A DNA stretch of 64,000 nt from Vulcanimicrobiales bacterium (GCA_038231455.1 JBBRLI010000007.1:32001-96000), one strand, 5' to 3'; shown: positions 10,329-21,440, numbered from the stretch's first letter. A program made the numbers and translations. The notes: generated by a model not told the origin, from the sequence alone.

Positions 10329-11342
10329 GTGCGCATCGGCATCAACGGATTCGGCCGCATCGGCCGTAATTATATGAAGGCACTCATGGAGCGGCACCCC
10401 TCGCTCGAAGTCGCCGCGGTCAACGACCTCACGAGTGCCGCCGAATGCGCGCATCTCTTCAAGTACGATTCGAATTACGGGACGTTCCCGGGCGAGGTTC
10501 GGGCCGCGGGAAACGGCATCACGATCGACGGTCGGCAAATCGCCGTGACCGCCGAACGCGATCCAGCCAAGATCCAATGGTCGAGCTTCGGTGTCGACGT
10601 GGTGATCGAATCAACCGGCCTCTTTACCGACGCCGATAAAGCGCGCGCGCACATCGACGGCGGCGGCGCAAAGAAAGTCATCATCTCCGCGCCCGCCAAA
10701 GGCGAGGATATCACGCTGGTCCTGGGCGTAAACGATCAGAACTACGATCCCGGCAAGCACCATATCATCTCCAACGCCTCGTGCACGACCAACTGTCTTG
10801 CGACGGCCGTCAAGCCGATCGTCGATGCACTCGGATGGAAAAAGGGCTTCATGTCCACCATTCACTCGTACACGAACGACCAAAACATTTTGGATGCGCC
10901 GCACAAAGATTTGCGTCGCGCTCGCAACGCCGCAACGAACATCATTCCGACCTCGACCGGCGCTGCCAAGGCGTTGTACCTGACGATTCCCGAGATCAAA
11001 GGCACCTTCGACGGCTTTGCCTTGCGCGTGCCGACGGCGACCGTCTCGATGGTCTACCTCGTCGCGCAGACGAAAAAAGAAACGACCAAAGACGAACTCA
11101 ACGCGATTCTCAAGAATGCCGCAAACGGCTCGATGAAACACGTCATGACCTACACCGAGGAAGAACTCGTCTCGAGCGACTACAAGCGCAATTCCTCGAG
11201 TTCCATTCTCGACGGTCACCTCACGGGCGCAAACGGCGATCTCATTCAGATCGGCGCCTGGTACGACAACGAGTGGGGTTACTCGTGCCGCCTCGCCGAC
11301 GTGACGGCGATGGTGCTCGCGAAGATGCCGGCGGGCGTATGA
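10329..11342 (+). CDS. gap: Glyceraldehyde-3-phosphate dehydrogenase type I
   Basis: GINGFGRIGR, ASCTTNCLA, WYDNEWGYS; GGAGG RBS. Confidence 0.98.
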   Translation: MRIGINGFGRIGRNYMKALMERHPSLEVAAVNDLTSAAECAHLFKYDSNYGTFPGEVRAAGNGITIDGRQIAVTAERDPAKIQWSSFGVDVVIESTGLFTDADKARAHIDGGGAKKVIISAPAKGEDITLVLGVNDQNYDPGKHHIISNASCTTNCLATAVKPIVDALGWKKGFMSTIHSYTNDQNILDAPHKDLRRARNAATNIIPTSTGAAKALYLTIPEIKGTFDGFALRVPTATVSMVYLVAQTKKETTKDELNAILKNAANGSMKHVMTYTEEELVSSDYKRNSSSSILDGHLTGANGDLIQIGAWYDNEWGYSCRLADVTAMVLAKMPAGV

Positions 11343-13330
11343 TCGTGCGCCGCGCGCTGCCGGCGCTCGTATTCTTCGCATCGCTCACACTCGCGCCGCA
11401 TGTCGGCGCGAGTGCTGCGTCATCCCCGCTCACACTTGCGGGCTTGCGCGACATCGTCGGCGTCGGATCGCCCAAGCTCTCGCCCGATGGCAAGAGCGCG
11501 ATCGTCACCGTCTCGCACGTCGACTTCAAAGCGAACAAAAATAAGACGCAGATCGAACTGCTCGATATCGCGACCGGCGCGCGGCGCCCCCTCACGTACG
11601 ACCGCAAAGGCATCAGCGATCCGACCTGGTCGCCGAGCGGCGACCGGATCGCGTTCCTCGCCGACGACAACGACGCAACGCAGCTCTTCGTTCTCGACCT
11701 GCGCGGCGGCGAAGCGCGCAAAGTGACAAGCGAGGCCGAAGGCGTCGACCAGTACGCGTGGCGTCCCGATGGCAATGGTTTTGCCATCGTCGTAACCGAC
11801 GCCGCACCCAAGAAAAAACTGCCCGATAAAAATCGCGATGCCTTCGTCGTCACGAACAACGACTATCTTAAAAAAGCGGCCGTGCGGCCCGCGCATCTCT
11901 ACACCGTCGATGCTGCCGGTGGGAACGCAAAACGCCTGACTCGCGGCACGTGGAGTGTCGCAACCGGCGAGGCCACTTCGAGCATTTCGTGGTCGGCCGA
12001 CGGTTCGAAGATCGCCTTCACGAAAGCCCCGAACGCGATTCTCAATGACGCTGACGGCGCGACCGTGCAGACGGTCGATGTCGCAACCGGGACGCTCGCG
12101 CCGATTTCCGCGCACACGCAGCACGAACGCGATCCGCTCTACTCCCCCGATGGGACAAAGGTCGCCTATACCTATTCCGACGGCGACAACCAAATCAATC
12201 TGAACGAAGCATTCATCACCTCACCCGGAAGCGGGAACGGCACCGCCGTCTCGCACGCCTACGATCGTCCGGTCGGCGACTTTGCGTGGCGTCCCGACTC
12301 AAGCGGCATCGTCTTTGCGACCGCCGATCATACCCAGCGCGTGCTGGTCGATGCGCCGTTGAACGGCACGCCGAAGAAAATCGACACGGGAAACATCAGC
12401 GTCGGCTCGCAGCTCGAAGGCGAGATCGGCAAAGACGGGACGATCGTCTTTAGCGGCACGACTCCCAGTCGGCCAAGCGAAGTCTACGTGCTCGCTCCCG
12501 GCGGGACGCCGCGTCAACTCACGCACTATAACGATGCAACGGCCGCGCTCGCACTGGGCAGCGTCGAACCGCTTGACTTCACGACCGACGACGGTATGCA
12601 AAGCGATGCGACGCTGACGTATCCGGTCGGCTACACCGCGGGCAAGTCGTATCCGCTCATGGTACTCATTCATGGCGGTCCGACGGCGGCCTCACTGCAG
12701 ACGTTCGATCGCCTCGGTCAACTCATGGCCGCGCGCGGGTGGTTTGTCTTGCAGCCGAATTATCGCGGCAGTAATAACCTGGGGCTTGCGTACCAGCGCG
12801 CGATTCTCTATCACGCTGCCGACGGTCCCGGCCGCGACATCATGGCGGCGCTCGCTGCGGCTCAGAAAAAAGTCAGCGTCGATCCCAAGCGCATCGGCGT
12901 CTCAGGCTGGTCGTACGGTGGAATCATGACCGGCTGGATGATAACGCACTATCACGTGTGGCGCGCGGCGATGTCGGGTGCGGGCGTGCACGACTGGATT
13001 CTCGACTACGCCGTCGCCGACGATCTCAATGGTGACCGCGAACTCTTCCACGGCTCGCCCTTCGTCGGCAACAACCGCGCCGAGTATCTCGCGCAGTCGC
13101 CGCTGACCTTTGCAAAAGACGTCACGACGCCGCTCTTGATTCTCTCCGATGTCGGCGACGCGCGGGTGCCGATCGTTGAGGGCTACGAGCTCTTCCACGC
13201 GCTGCGCGACATGCATAAACCCGTGCAGATGTATGCGTACCCGATCGCGGGCCACTTCCCCCGCGATCCGGTCCACATCGACGATCTGTACGGCCGCTGG
13301 GTCGACTACTTCGCGGCGTCGTTCAAATAA
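11339..13330 (+). CDS. Secreted S9-family peptidase (acylaminoacyl/dipeptidyl peptidase) with beta-propeller
   Basis: Signal peptide from ATG11339 (ATGA overlap with gap stop); WSPSG/WRPDG propeller repeats; IHGGP, NYRGS, GWSYGG, DARVP, catalytic His in AGHF. Confidence 0.92.
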   Translation: MIVRRALPALVFFASLTLAPHVGASAASSPLTLAGLRDIVGVGSPKLSPDGKSAIVTVSHVDFKANKNKTQIELLDIATGARRPLTYDRKGISDPTWSPSGDRIAFLADDNDATQLFVLDLRGGEARKVTSEAEGVDQYAWRPDGNGFAIVVTDAAPKKKLPDKNRDAFVVTNNDYLKKAAVRPAHLYTVDAAGGNAKRLTRGTWSVATGEATSSISWSADGSKIAFTKAPNAILNDADGATVQTVDVATGTLAPISAHTQHERDPLYSPDGTKVAYTYSDGDNQINLNEAFITSPGSGNGTAVSHAYDRPVGDFAWRPDSSGIVFATADHTQRVLVDAPLNGTPKKIDTGNISVGSQLEGEIGKDGTIVFSGTTPSRPSEVYVLAPGGTPRQLTHYNDATAALALGSVEPLDFTTDDGMQSDATLTYPVGYTAGKSYPLMVLIHGGPTAASLQTFDRLGQLMAARGWFVLQPNYRGSNNLGLAYQRAILYHAADGPGRDIMAALAAAQKKVSVDPKRIGVSGWSYGGIMTGWMITHYHVWRAAMSGAGVHDWILDYAVADDLNGDRELFHGSPFVGNNRAEYLAQSPLTFAKDVTTPLLILSDVGDARVPIVEGYELFHALRDMHKPVQMYAYPIAGHFPRDPVHIDDLYGRWVDYFAASFK

Positions 13331-13337
13331 GGACACG

Positions 13338-14537
13338 ATGAACTTCCTTACCTTGCGCGATCTCGACGTTCGCGGCAAACGCGTACTCGTGCGTGAAGAT
13401 CTCAACGTGCCAATGAAGAACGGCGCGGTCGGCGACGAAACACGGATCACCGCCGCCTTGCCGACGCTGCGCTACCTGATGGACGGCGGCGCGCGCGTCA
13501 TCGTGCTTTCGCATCTCGGGCGCCCCGACGGCCACGTCGTCCCCGCGCTTACTCTTGCTCCGATCGCAAAACGGCTTGGCGAGCGGCTCGGCGTCGCCGT
13601 TGGATTTGTCCCCGACTGCATCGGTGAGGCATGCGTCGATGCGAGCAACGCGCTTGCGCCGGGCGGCATCGTCGTCTTCGAAAACGTACGCTTTCATCCC
13701 GAAGAAGAAGCGAACGACCCGCTCTTCGCGCGTGAACTCGCCGCCAGCGGCGATTGCTATGTCAACGATGCATTCGGCACGGCGCACCGCGCACACGCAT
13801 CGACCGCCGGCGTCGCAGCGGACCTCCCCGCAGCCGCCGGTTTGTTGATGGAGTCGGAACTCCACGCACTCGGCGCGCTCATCGACCACCCCGCGCATCC
13901 GTTCGTGTGCGCGATCGGGGGCTCGAAAGTCGCCGACAAGGTCGGCGTCTTCACGCATCTGATGGATCGCGTCGATGCCTTCGTGGTGGGTGGCGGAATG
14001 GCGAACACGTTTCTTGCCGCACAGGGGATCGACGTCGGCACGTCGCTGCGCGACAAAGACTTGGATCCCGCGACGAAAATTATCGCGCTTGCCAAAGCGC
14101 GAAACGTCGCCTTGCATCTGCCGACGGATGCCGTCGTCGCCGATGCGTTCGATGCTGACGGCAGCGCCAAAACGGTCGACCTTGCCGACCTCGGATCGCG
14201 GATGATTTTGGATATCGGTCCGAAGAGCGCGGCGCGGTATGCCGACGTTTTGCGCGCGGCAAAGACCATCGTCTTCAACGGCCCGATGGGCGTCTACGAG
14301 AAGACGCCCTATCAAGGCGGCACGCGCACGATCGGTGAGGCGATAGCTGCTGCGACCAGCGCCGGCGCAACAAGCGTCGTCGGCGGCGGCGATGCAGCAG
14401 CAGCCGCGCACGAACTCGGTTTTGCCGACGCCATGACGCACGTCAGCACCGGCGGCGGCGCGACGCTCGAATTTCTCGAGGGCAAGACGTTGCCGGGCGT
14501 CCAGGCACTCATCGACGCGACGAAAGCCGCGCGCTAG
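13338..14537 (+). CDS. pgk: Phosphoglycerate kinase
   Basis: [46 protein letters not shown]. Confidence 0.98.
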   Translation: MNFLTLRDLDVRGKRVLVREDLNVPMKNGAVGDETRITAALPTLRYLMDGGARVIVLSHLGRPDGHVVPALTLAPIAKRLGERLGVAVGFVPDCIGEACVDASNALAPGGIVVFENVRFHPEEEANDPLFARELAASGDCYVNDAFGTAHRAHASTAGVAADLPAAAGLLMESELHALGALIDHPAHPFVCAIGGSKVADKVGVFTHLMDRVDAFVVGGGMANTFLAAQGIDVGTSLRDKDLDPATKIIALAKARNVALHLPTDAVVADAFDADGSAKTVDLADLGSRMILDIGPKSAARYADVLRAAKTIVFNGPMGVYEKTPYQGGTRTIGEAIAAATSAGATSVVGGGDAAAAAHELGFADAMTHVSTGGGATLEFLEGKTLPGVQALIDATKAAR

Positions 14538-15290
14538 GTGCGCAAACCCTTAATCGCCGGCAACTGGAAAATGCACAAGACGATCGCCGACGCACTCGCG
14601 TTCGTCGGTGCGTTTCTCGCCAGTGGCGATGCGGGCGGCGAACATGTCGACGTCGTGATCGCGCCGCCGTTTACCGCGCTCTACGCGCTCGCGACGGCCG
14701 TCGAAGGTTCGACGATCGCACTCGCCGCGCAAACCATGCACTGGGCCCAACAAGGCGCGTTCACCGGCGAAATTTCCCCGCTCATGCTCAGCGACATCGG
14801 CGTGAAATACGTGATCCTCGGACACAGCGAACGGCGCGCGATGTACGGTGAGATGGACGACGACATCAACCTCAAGGTAAAGTCCGCGCTCGCACACGGC
14901 CTTACCCCGATCGTCGCGGTCGGCGAGACCGCCGCCGAACATCATTCGGGTCTAGCACACGAACGCGTGGTGGCGCAGACGCGCGCAGCTTTTGACGATA
15001 TCGCACCGGGCGACATCGCGCAGTGCGTCGTCGCCTACGAACCCATCTGGGCGATCGGGACCGGTCATGCCGACAGCCCCGCAAGCGCCAACGCCGTGAT
15101 GGGCACGATCCGCAACTGCGTTGCGGGACTTGCCGACGCGCGCATTCTTTACGGCGGCAGCGTCAAACCCGAAAATATCGCCTCACTCATGGCGCAACCG
15201 AACGTCGATGGCGGCCTCGTCGGCGGTGCCAGCCTCACCGTCGATTCGTTTGTGCCGCTCGTTCGCCACGCACGGAGAATCCTTGCCTAA
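14538..15290 (+). CDS. tpiA: Triosephosphate isomerase
   Basis: AGNWKMH, GHSERR, AYEPIWAIGTG, LYGGSVK, GGLVGGASL. Confidence 0.98.
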   Translation: MRKPLIAGNWKMHKTIADALAFVGAFLASGDAGGEHVDVVIAPPFTALYALATAVEGSTIALAAQTMHWAQQGAFTGEISPLMLSDIGVKYVILGHSERRAMYGEMDDDINLKVKSALAHGLTPIVAVGETAAEHHSGLAHERVVAQTRAAFDDIAPGDIAQCVVAYEPIWAIGTGHADSPASANAVMGTIRNCVAGLADARILYGGSVKPENIASLMAQPNVDGGLVGGASLTVDSFVPLVRHARRILA

Positions 15291-16824
15291 TCGACGTCCG
15301 CCCCTCGTGCTCTGCATCCTCGATGGGTGGGGAACGCGATCCGAAACCTACGGCAACGCCATCGCCGCCGCCGACTTACCGAACTGGCATCGTATCCTTA
15401 GTACCGCGGCGGTCACGGATATCGATGCAAGCGGTGAGGCCGTGGGTCTGCCCGCAGGTGTCATGGGCAATAGTGAAGTCGGGCACATCAATATTGGCTC
15501 GGGGCGCGTGGTTCCGCAGGGCCTTGTCGTGATCAACGAGAGCGTCGAGGACGGATCGTTTGCAAAAAACGGCGTCCTTGCCGACGTCATCGCTCACGCG
15601 CGAAAAAATCACGGGACGGTCCGCTTCATCGGTCTTGTCTCCGAGGGCAACGTCCACTCTGCGCAAACGCACCTCGAAGCGCTCGTTGCCGCCGTTCCAG
15701 CCGACGTGCCGCTACTCGTGGATGCGTTTCTCGACGGCCGCGACGTGCCGCCGCGTTCGGCCGAAAAATATCTCACCAATCTCGATGCGTACTTAATCGC
15801 ACACGGGCGACCGAACGCAATTGCCACGATCGGCGGGCGTTTTTACGCGATGGATCGCGATAAGCGTTGGGATCGAACGCACAAAGCCTACGAAGTGCTG
15901 GTTAACGGCAAAGCCGATCAGCACGCAGCAAACGCTCTCGAGGCACTCCACGCTGCCTATGCGCGGGGCGAGAACGACGAGTTTGTCGTTCCCACGATCG
16001 TTGGCGAGGCGCGGCCGATTCAAGACGGCGACGCGGTCATCTTCTTCAACTTCCGTCCCGACCGCGCGCGTCAACTGACGATGGCGTTCTCGGGCGTCGA
16101 TTTCCACGAGTTCCCCGTGCGCAATTTTAGCGACTTCGTGTTCGCAACGATGACCCGCTACGAGGAGAACTTCACCAATCCCATTCTCTTTGGCCCTCGG
16201 CCACAGTCGGATACCTTCGGTGAGATCATCGCGCGCGCCGGGCTCAAACAACTGCGCCTTGCTGAAACCGAGAAGTACGCGCACGTCACGTACTTCTTCA
16301 ACGGCGGACGCGAAGAAGTATTCGCAAACGAAGACCGCGTGCTCATCCCGAGCAATCGTCGCGTCGCAACGTACGATCTCGCTCCGGAAATGTCGGCCCA
16401 AGACATCACGGCCGCCGCGATCGAGGATCTCGCGCACCATCACCACGACGTGATCGTGATGAACTACGCCAATGCCGACATGGTCGGCCATACCGGCGTG
16501 TGGAACGCGACCGTCTCGGCGCTCGAAACGCTCGACGTTGCACTCGGCCGACTCGAACACGCCGTGCGATCCGCCGGCGGCATCCTTGCGATCACGGCCG
16601 ACCATGGGAACGCCGAGGAGAAACTCGACCCGGACGGCAACCCGCTCACAGCCCATACGACGAATCTCGTGCCTTTTGTCCTCATCGCGGAGCAGCCGCT
16701 GGGAACGCTCGCCGCCGGCGGAAAACTTGGCGATGTCGCCCCGACACTTCTCCCGCTGCTCGGTCTTGAAACGCCGCGTGAAATGACCGGAACCAATTTG
16801 CTCGCACCTGTAGGGGGAGCATAA
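15283..16824 (+). CDS. gpmI: 2,3-bisphosphoglycerate-independent phosphoglycerate mutase
   Basis: LCILDGWG, MGNSEVGH, AMDRDKRW, AETEKYAHVTYFFNGG, ADHGNAE; TTG start after GGAG. Confidence 0.97.
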   Translation: MPNRRPPLVLCILDGWGTRSETYGNAIAAADLPNWHRILSTAAVTDIDASGEAVGLPAGVMGNSEVGHINIGSGRVVPQGLVVINESVEDGSFAKNGVLADVIAHARKNHGTVRFIGLVSEGNVHSAQTHLEALVAAVPADVPLLVDAFLDGRDVPPRSAEKYLTNLDAYLIAHGRPNAIATIGGRFYAMDRDKRWDRTHKAYEVLVNGKADQHAANALEALHAAYARGENDEFVVPTIVGEARPIQDGDAVIFFNFRPDRARQLTMAFSGVDFHEFPVRNFSDFVFATMTRYEENFTNPILFGPRPQSDTFGEIIARAGLKQLRLAETEKYAHVTYFFNGGREEVFANEDRVLIPSNRRVATYDLAPEMSAQDITAAAIEDLAHHHHDVIVMNYANADMVGHTGVWNATVSALETLDVALGRLEHAVRSAGGILAITADHGNAEEKLDPDGNPLTAHTTNLVPFVLIAEQPLGTLAAGGKLGDVAPTLLPLLGLETPREMTGTNLLAPVGGA

Positions 16825-17651
16825 TGAAACGGAAGTTACTGGATGAAGCCGCGGCACTTCTGCGCGATCGCGCGGGTGGGGCCATCGATTGCGCGGTGGT
16901 GCTCGGCTCGGGGATGGGCAACGTCTTTGCCGGACGGATCGATGCGAAGCCGATCGCGTACAAGAAGCTTGCGGGCATGCCCGAGCCGAGCGTACCCGGT
17001 CATGCGGGCGAAGTCACGATCGGCGAACTCCATGGACGAATGATAGCGGTCTTCTCAGGCCGCTTTCATCTTTACGAGGGGTACGATGCCCGCGAGGTGA
17101 TCTATCCGATCGCGGTCGCCGCCCATGCCGGCGCGCGAACGGTCGTACTCACCAACGCCGCGGGCGGACTCAACCGCGATTTCAGTCCGGGCGATTTGAT
17201 GATGCTCGACGACCACATCAACTTGACCGGGACGAACCCGCTCGCGGGCCCGCTGTTGCACGGCACGCAAACGCGCTTCGTCGACATGATCGATTGCTAC
17301 AACGTGCACTTGCGCGAACTCGCGCGGCATATCGCGAGCGAATACGCGATCATTATGCACACCGGCACCTACGTTGCCGTACCGGGCCCTTCGTATGAAA
17401 CGCAAGCTGAAGCAAAGGCGCTGCGTTCTCTTGGCGCGGATGCCGTCGGGATGTCGACGGTTCTCGAGACGATTGCGGCCCGCGCGCTCGGCTGCGATGT
17501 TGCTGCATTTAGTTTGATCACGAACATTCTTAGCGGCGCGCCAACGACCCACGAAGAGGTGCTCGCCGTCTCACAACGCGGCGCGGAGAGTATCGCGAAA
17601 CTCATCGAAGGCATCGTAGCGAACCTCGCCATTGCCTCCACCACCGTTTAA
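16824..17651 (+). CDS. punA: Purine-nucleoside phosphorylase (trimeric PNP/XapA type)
   Basis: VLGSG, VPGHAG, GRFHLYEGY, TNAAGG, GPSYET.AE, GADAVGMSTV. Confidence 0.93.
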   Translation: MKRKLLDEAAALLRDRAGGAIDCAVVLGSGMGNVFAGRIDAKPIAYKKLAGMPEPSVPGHAGEVTIGELHGRMIAVFSGRFHLYEGYDAREVIYPIAVAAHAGARTVVLTNAAGGLNRDFSPGDLMMLDDHINLTGTNPLAGPLLHGTQTRFVDMIDCYNVHLRELARHIASEYAIIMHTGTYVAVPGPSYETQAEAKALRSLGADAVGMSTVLETIAARALGCDVAAFSLITNILSGAPTTHEEVLAVSQRGAESIAKLIEGIVANLAIASTTV

Positions 17652-17722
17652 AAAGACCGGCACCATCGGTGCCCGCGACGCGTTCCTGCCGGATGGCGGA
17701 GAAATCGTGTAAAATTCTCGCC

Positions 17723-17750
17723 TAAATAGTGGCACGATTCGTGCCGATTA
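17723..17750 (+). promoter_or_regulatory. Sigma-28 (FliA/SigD)-type promoter for the MCP gene
   Basis: TAAA-N16-GCCGATTA, ending 10 nt before ATG17761; overlaps palindrome ggcacga-t-tcgtgcc. Confidence 0.65.
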
Positions 17751-17760
17751 CCGCTAGATA

Positions 17761-20101
17761 ATGAGACGAATTTCTGTCGCGCGGAAGATGCTTCTCATCG
17801 CGGCACTCTTTACGTTGCCAATTTTGCTTCTTGTCATCGTCCTCTACGGTCAAATCAAGGGCGATGTCGATTTTGCAAGCCAAGAGCAGTTGGGCGTCAG
17901 CTACACCCGGGCGTTTTAAGCCGCTCTTGCTCGATCTTGAAGCCCTTCGCTCGGTCTCCAAGGCCGATCGCGATGCGGTCGATCAGCGCGTTCAGGCTGA
18001 TTTTGCAACATTGCACGGCCTCGATCGGACGGTCGGAGCCGCTCTCGACGTAGCAAAGCCCTTACAAGAGCTTCAGAAATCATGGACCGATAAACAACCG
18101 ATCGGAACCGTGATCGGGAGCGCAATCGCGTTTCTCTCGACCATTTCGGACAATTCGAAAATTACGCTCGACCCGATCCTCGACGGCTACTATGTGGGCG
18201 ACACGATGGTGAACAAGGGGCCGGGCTTAATCGACGGTATCGCCCAGTCGCGCATCCTCGGTGCTGAGGCCCTGCGTTCCAAAGCGCTCGGCCAGGACGA
18301 TCGCATTACCCTTGCCGTGCTCTCAGGGCAACTTTCGGGGAATATTGACGGCATCGCGCACAACGTCCCAATCGCCGTTGGTGCCGCACCCACGCTTAAA
18401 TCAAGTCTCGGCGCCGCCGGGGATCGCGTTCATACGAGCGCCACGGCGTACGTTGGCACCATTCAATCACGACTCCTGACCGTTCAACGATTTACGGCCG
18501 ATCCGAAGACGTTTTCGAGTCAAGCGGGCGATTCCGACGATGCGGCCGTCGCACTCTACGATGCGAGCATCAACGGAATGCGCGATGTTTTGCAAATGCG
18601 CATCGACGGCCTCGTCCGCCGTGAGGCGATCATTTTTTCGGTCGTTCTTGCACTCATCCTCGGTGCTGCAATCATGATGCTCGTGACCACGCGTTCTCTT
18701 GCAAAACGACTCGGCGACGTTACCGCGGCGATGCACCGCGTTGCCGAGGAGGATATGCGGCACCTCGCTGAACTCGCGAGCGCGGTCTCGAATGGCGACA
18801 TTCGGACCCGCACGTTCCTCAAACCGGAATTGCTGGAAGCAACGGGATCCGATGAAGTTGCAAAACTCGCGCGAAGCTACAACGTCCTCGTCGAGCGTGT
18901 CGAAACGGTCAGCGCCGATTTCAATCGCATGACGCTCTTCCTCTCCTCGCTCATCACCGGAGTCAGCGAGGCCGCCTCACGTCTCGTCGATGTCACCGTC
19001 GATATGACCGGTGCGATTTTGTCTGTCGATAACGAAATCCGAGAAATCGCCGTTGCATCGGATGGCGTCGCGGAGGATACGCGCCACCAGTCACTTCGCC
19101 TGCGTGAAGCGCGCATCGCCGTCACGGAAATTTCGCGGACCGCATCGCAAATCGCCGACGGCGCCGATCAGCAATCGAGGGCCGTCATCGAAGCCTCCGT
19201 TGGCGTCGAGGGACTCGACGTTCAAATCGGTCATGTCAGTTCGCTTGGCACGTCCCTTGCGACCTCGGCCCTCCGATCTGCAGAAGAGTCGATCAACGGA
19301 GCAAAGTCGGTCCGCGAAACCGCGCAAACGGTCACGCGACTGCGTGCTGAGTCGGAAGTTCTGCAAACGATCATGCTTTCGCTCGAAGAGCGCTCGCACG
19401 CGGTCGTCGAGATCGTCTCCGTCATCGAGGACATCGCCGATCAGACGAATCTTCTCGCGCTCAACGCGGCGATCGAAGCCGCACGTGCGGGTGCCCATGG
19501 TCGCGGCTTTTCCGTCGTGGCGGACGAGGTTCGCAAGCTCGCGGAGCGTTCGGCATCGTCAACCCGCGAGATCGGGTCGATCCTCAACAGTATCCGAACC
19601 GAGACCGTACGCGCTGCCGGCGCGATGCGCGACTCGTCGAAATCGATGGATTCCGGCATTGTGATTGCGGAACGTGCGAGCGCATCGCTCGATCAGATCG
19701 CGAGCGCCATCGATGAAACGCGCCGTATCTCCGTTGAGGTTTCCGAGGCAACCTCAACGATGAAATCGATGAGCGCACGCGTCGCAAACCACATGGGCAA
19801 CGTTTCAGCGGTCGTCGAGGAGAACGCTGCTGCCGCTCGGCAACTCGAAGCCTCCGGGAAATCCGTTGACGAAACGATCGGGGAGGTCGACGGATCGGCG
19901 TCTCAGCAGTCCGAAGTCGCCGGTCGTGTCGCGCGTTCGACGGATGGAATCGCAGCGGAAACGAAACGCATCGTTGCGGTCACGAGCAAACTCCATCAAA
20001 GCGCCGAGCAACTCCTGAGTTTGATCGAACATTCGGGCGGGCCGCAGTCAGCAATCGTCCCAACCGAGCAGGTGCCTCGCGCGCTCCAGGAATCCGCGTA
20101 G
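17761..20101 (+). pseudogene. Methyl-accepting chemotaxis protein interrupted by a +1 frameshift at ~17914-17919
   Basis: ATG17761 frame encodes TM1 ([29 protein letters not shown]...[18 protein letters not shown]) ending GCG TTT TAA; +1 frame continues FKPLLL... with TM2, HAMP and [40 protein letters not shown]. Confidence 0.85.
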
Positions 20102-20245
20102 CATCTAGCTCTCACGCTCTCCGATGCATCGGACGAGACCGGACGTCACCGTCGGCGGTATCGCTGCTGCCGAGGGTTTGCGCGTCATGGCCTTGGCGAT
20201 CACGCGTTGTTCGAAATCCGAACCCTAGTCAACGGATCCGGCGGG

Positions 20246-20452
20246 CTAACGCGTGAGATTCGCACGACGGAATAGCAGGCCCGCCGTCGCCGCGAGCACG
20301 CCGTCGGGGAGCAAGAACAGTCCGAAGAGTAGCCCATCGGCGCTTGCCAAAACCGCGCCCGTTGCGAAGCGAACGACGAGTAGCGCCACAACGAGCGTTC
20401 CAAATGGGACCGGAAACCGCAACAAAACAAACCGGTCGAGGATCGGAAGCAT
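20246..20452 (-). CDS. Small hydrophobic hypothetical membrane protein
   Basis: MLPILDRFVLLRFPVPFGTLVVALLVVRF...LLFGLFLLPDGVLAATAGLLFRR, two hydrophobic stretches; same strand as upstream operon. Confidence 0.4.
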   Translation of the reverse strand: MLPILDRFVLLRFPVPFGTLVVALLVVRFATGAVLASADGLLFGLFLLPDGVLAATAGLLFRRANLTR

Positions 20453-20493
20453 CGTTTGCGCTTCGCACGTTTGCGACCGAACTCCGTTGCCTG

Positions 20494-20778
20494 CTAGCGC
20501 AGCCGATACGAGCCGCTCGGATCGATCCCGAGCATCCGGCCCCCAATTCGCAGTTCGCGCAACTGATGGTCCCAGAATCCAAACACGCGAAACGCTAGCG
20601 GTTTGAGATTCGCGATAACGGCCCGTGCGCGGGCGGAGATTGAGAGCACGTCGCGTTGCCAAGCGGGATGATCGCGTGGCAGAACTGACGCTTCAATCTC
20701 CGGGTCCACCGCAACTGGGAGAACCGACGCATATGCGATCGGATCGAGGCTGACCCGCGCGGCGCTTGGTTCGTTCAT
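20494..20778 (-). CDS. Hypothetical protein (94 aa) coupled to the sigma factor
   Basis: ATGA overlap with sigma-factor stop; no recognised motif. Confidence 0.55.
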   Translation of the reverse strand: MNEPSAARVSLDPIAYASVLPVAVDPEIEASVLPRDHPAWQRDVLSISARARAVIANLKPLAFRVFGFWDHQLRELRIGGRMLGIDPSGSYRLR

Positions 20779-21440
20779 CGTGTCGCAGCCAGCACGCCGC
20801 GTAAGCGTTTGATACCAAGCAAATGCAACTGCGAGACGCGCTGCGGCGAGATGGCAAGGTCCGCGCTAAGCTGGCGCAGCGACCGATCCGCAAAGTAATG
20901 CTGCGTGATGACGCGCCGCTCCCGATGCGGGAGCCGTTCAAGCGCGCCGTACATCGCGGTGCGCGCAATACGCGTTTCGACGAGCAACTGCGGGTTGAGT
21001 GATGGATCGACATCGAGGTGTTCGTCGCCGGGAAGCGGAGCGTCGATCGAGAGCGGTACAGCGCGATACACCATCGCGCGTGCTTGCGCAAGTGCCGGAT
21101 GACGCTTTTCCATTTCGCGCTGACCGGGCAGCGAACCCCGCTCGCTTGCAAGCGCGAACCGATCGCGTTCGGCATAGCGGATCGTGCGGCGTATGCGTTC
21201 GGAAACAAAGTCCATCCGACGAATGCCGTTGAGCATGGCCCCGGCGATCAAACGTCGAGCGTATTGTTCGAGCGAAGGGCCGCGTGTCGGATCGAACGAG
21301 TCGACGGCACGAATGAGCCCGACCGAACCATCACCGATCAGATCGTCAAGATCGCTCGTGCCCAGCAGACGCGCGGTGCGCCGCGCGATCGTGCGAACGA
21401 GCGGAAAGAGAAGACGGATATGTTCTTCGCGGTCGATCAT
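20775..21440 (-). CDS. FliA/WhiG-family RNA polymerase sigma factor
   Basis: PLVRTIARR, DDLIGDGSVGLIRAVDSFDP, YARRLIAGAMLNGIRRMD (region 2); region 4 LPHRERRVI...ISPQRVSQLH. Confidence 0.88.
   Translation of the reverse strand: MIDREEHIRLLFPLVRTIARRTARLLGTSDLDDLIGDGSVGLIRAVDSFDPTRGPSLEQYARRLIAGAMLNGIRRMDFVSERIRRTIRYAERDRFALASERGSLPGQREMEKRHPALAQARAMVYRAVPLSIDAPLPGDEHLDVDPSLNPQLLVETRIARTAMYGALERLPHRERRVITQHYFADRSLRQLSADLAISPQRVSQLHLLGIKRLRGVLAATR

Noticed and set aside
10781-11338. Long N-terminal extensions in the ORF track (also 22591..24105, 30936, 48478..49791, 56758..57888, 61250..62446, 61951)
   Set aside because: Open frames overlapping neighbouring real genes in high-GC DNA; true starts placed at motif-supported positions
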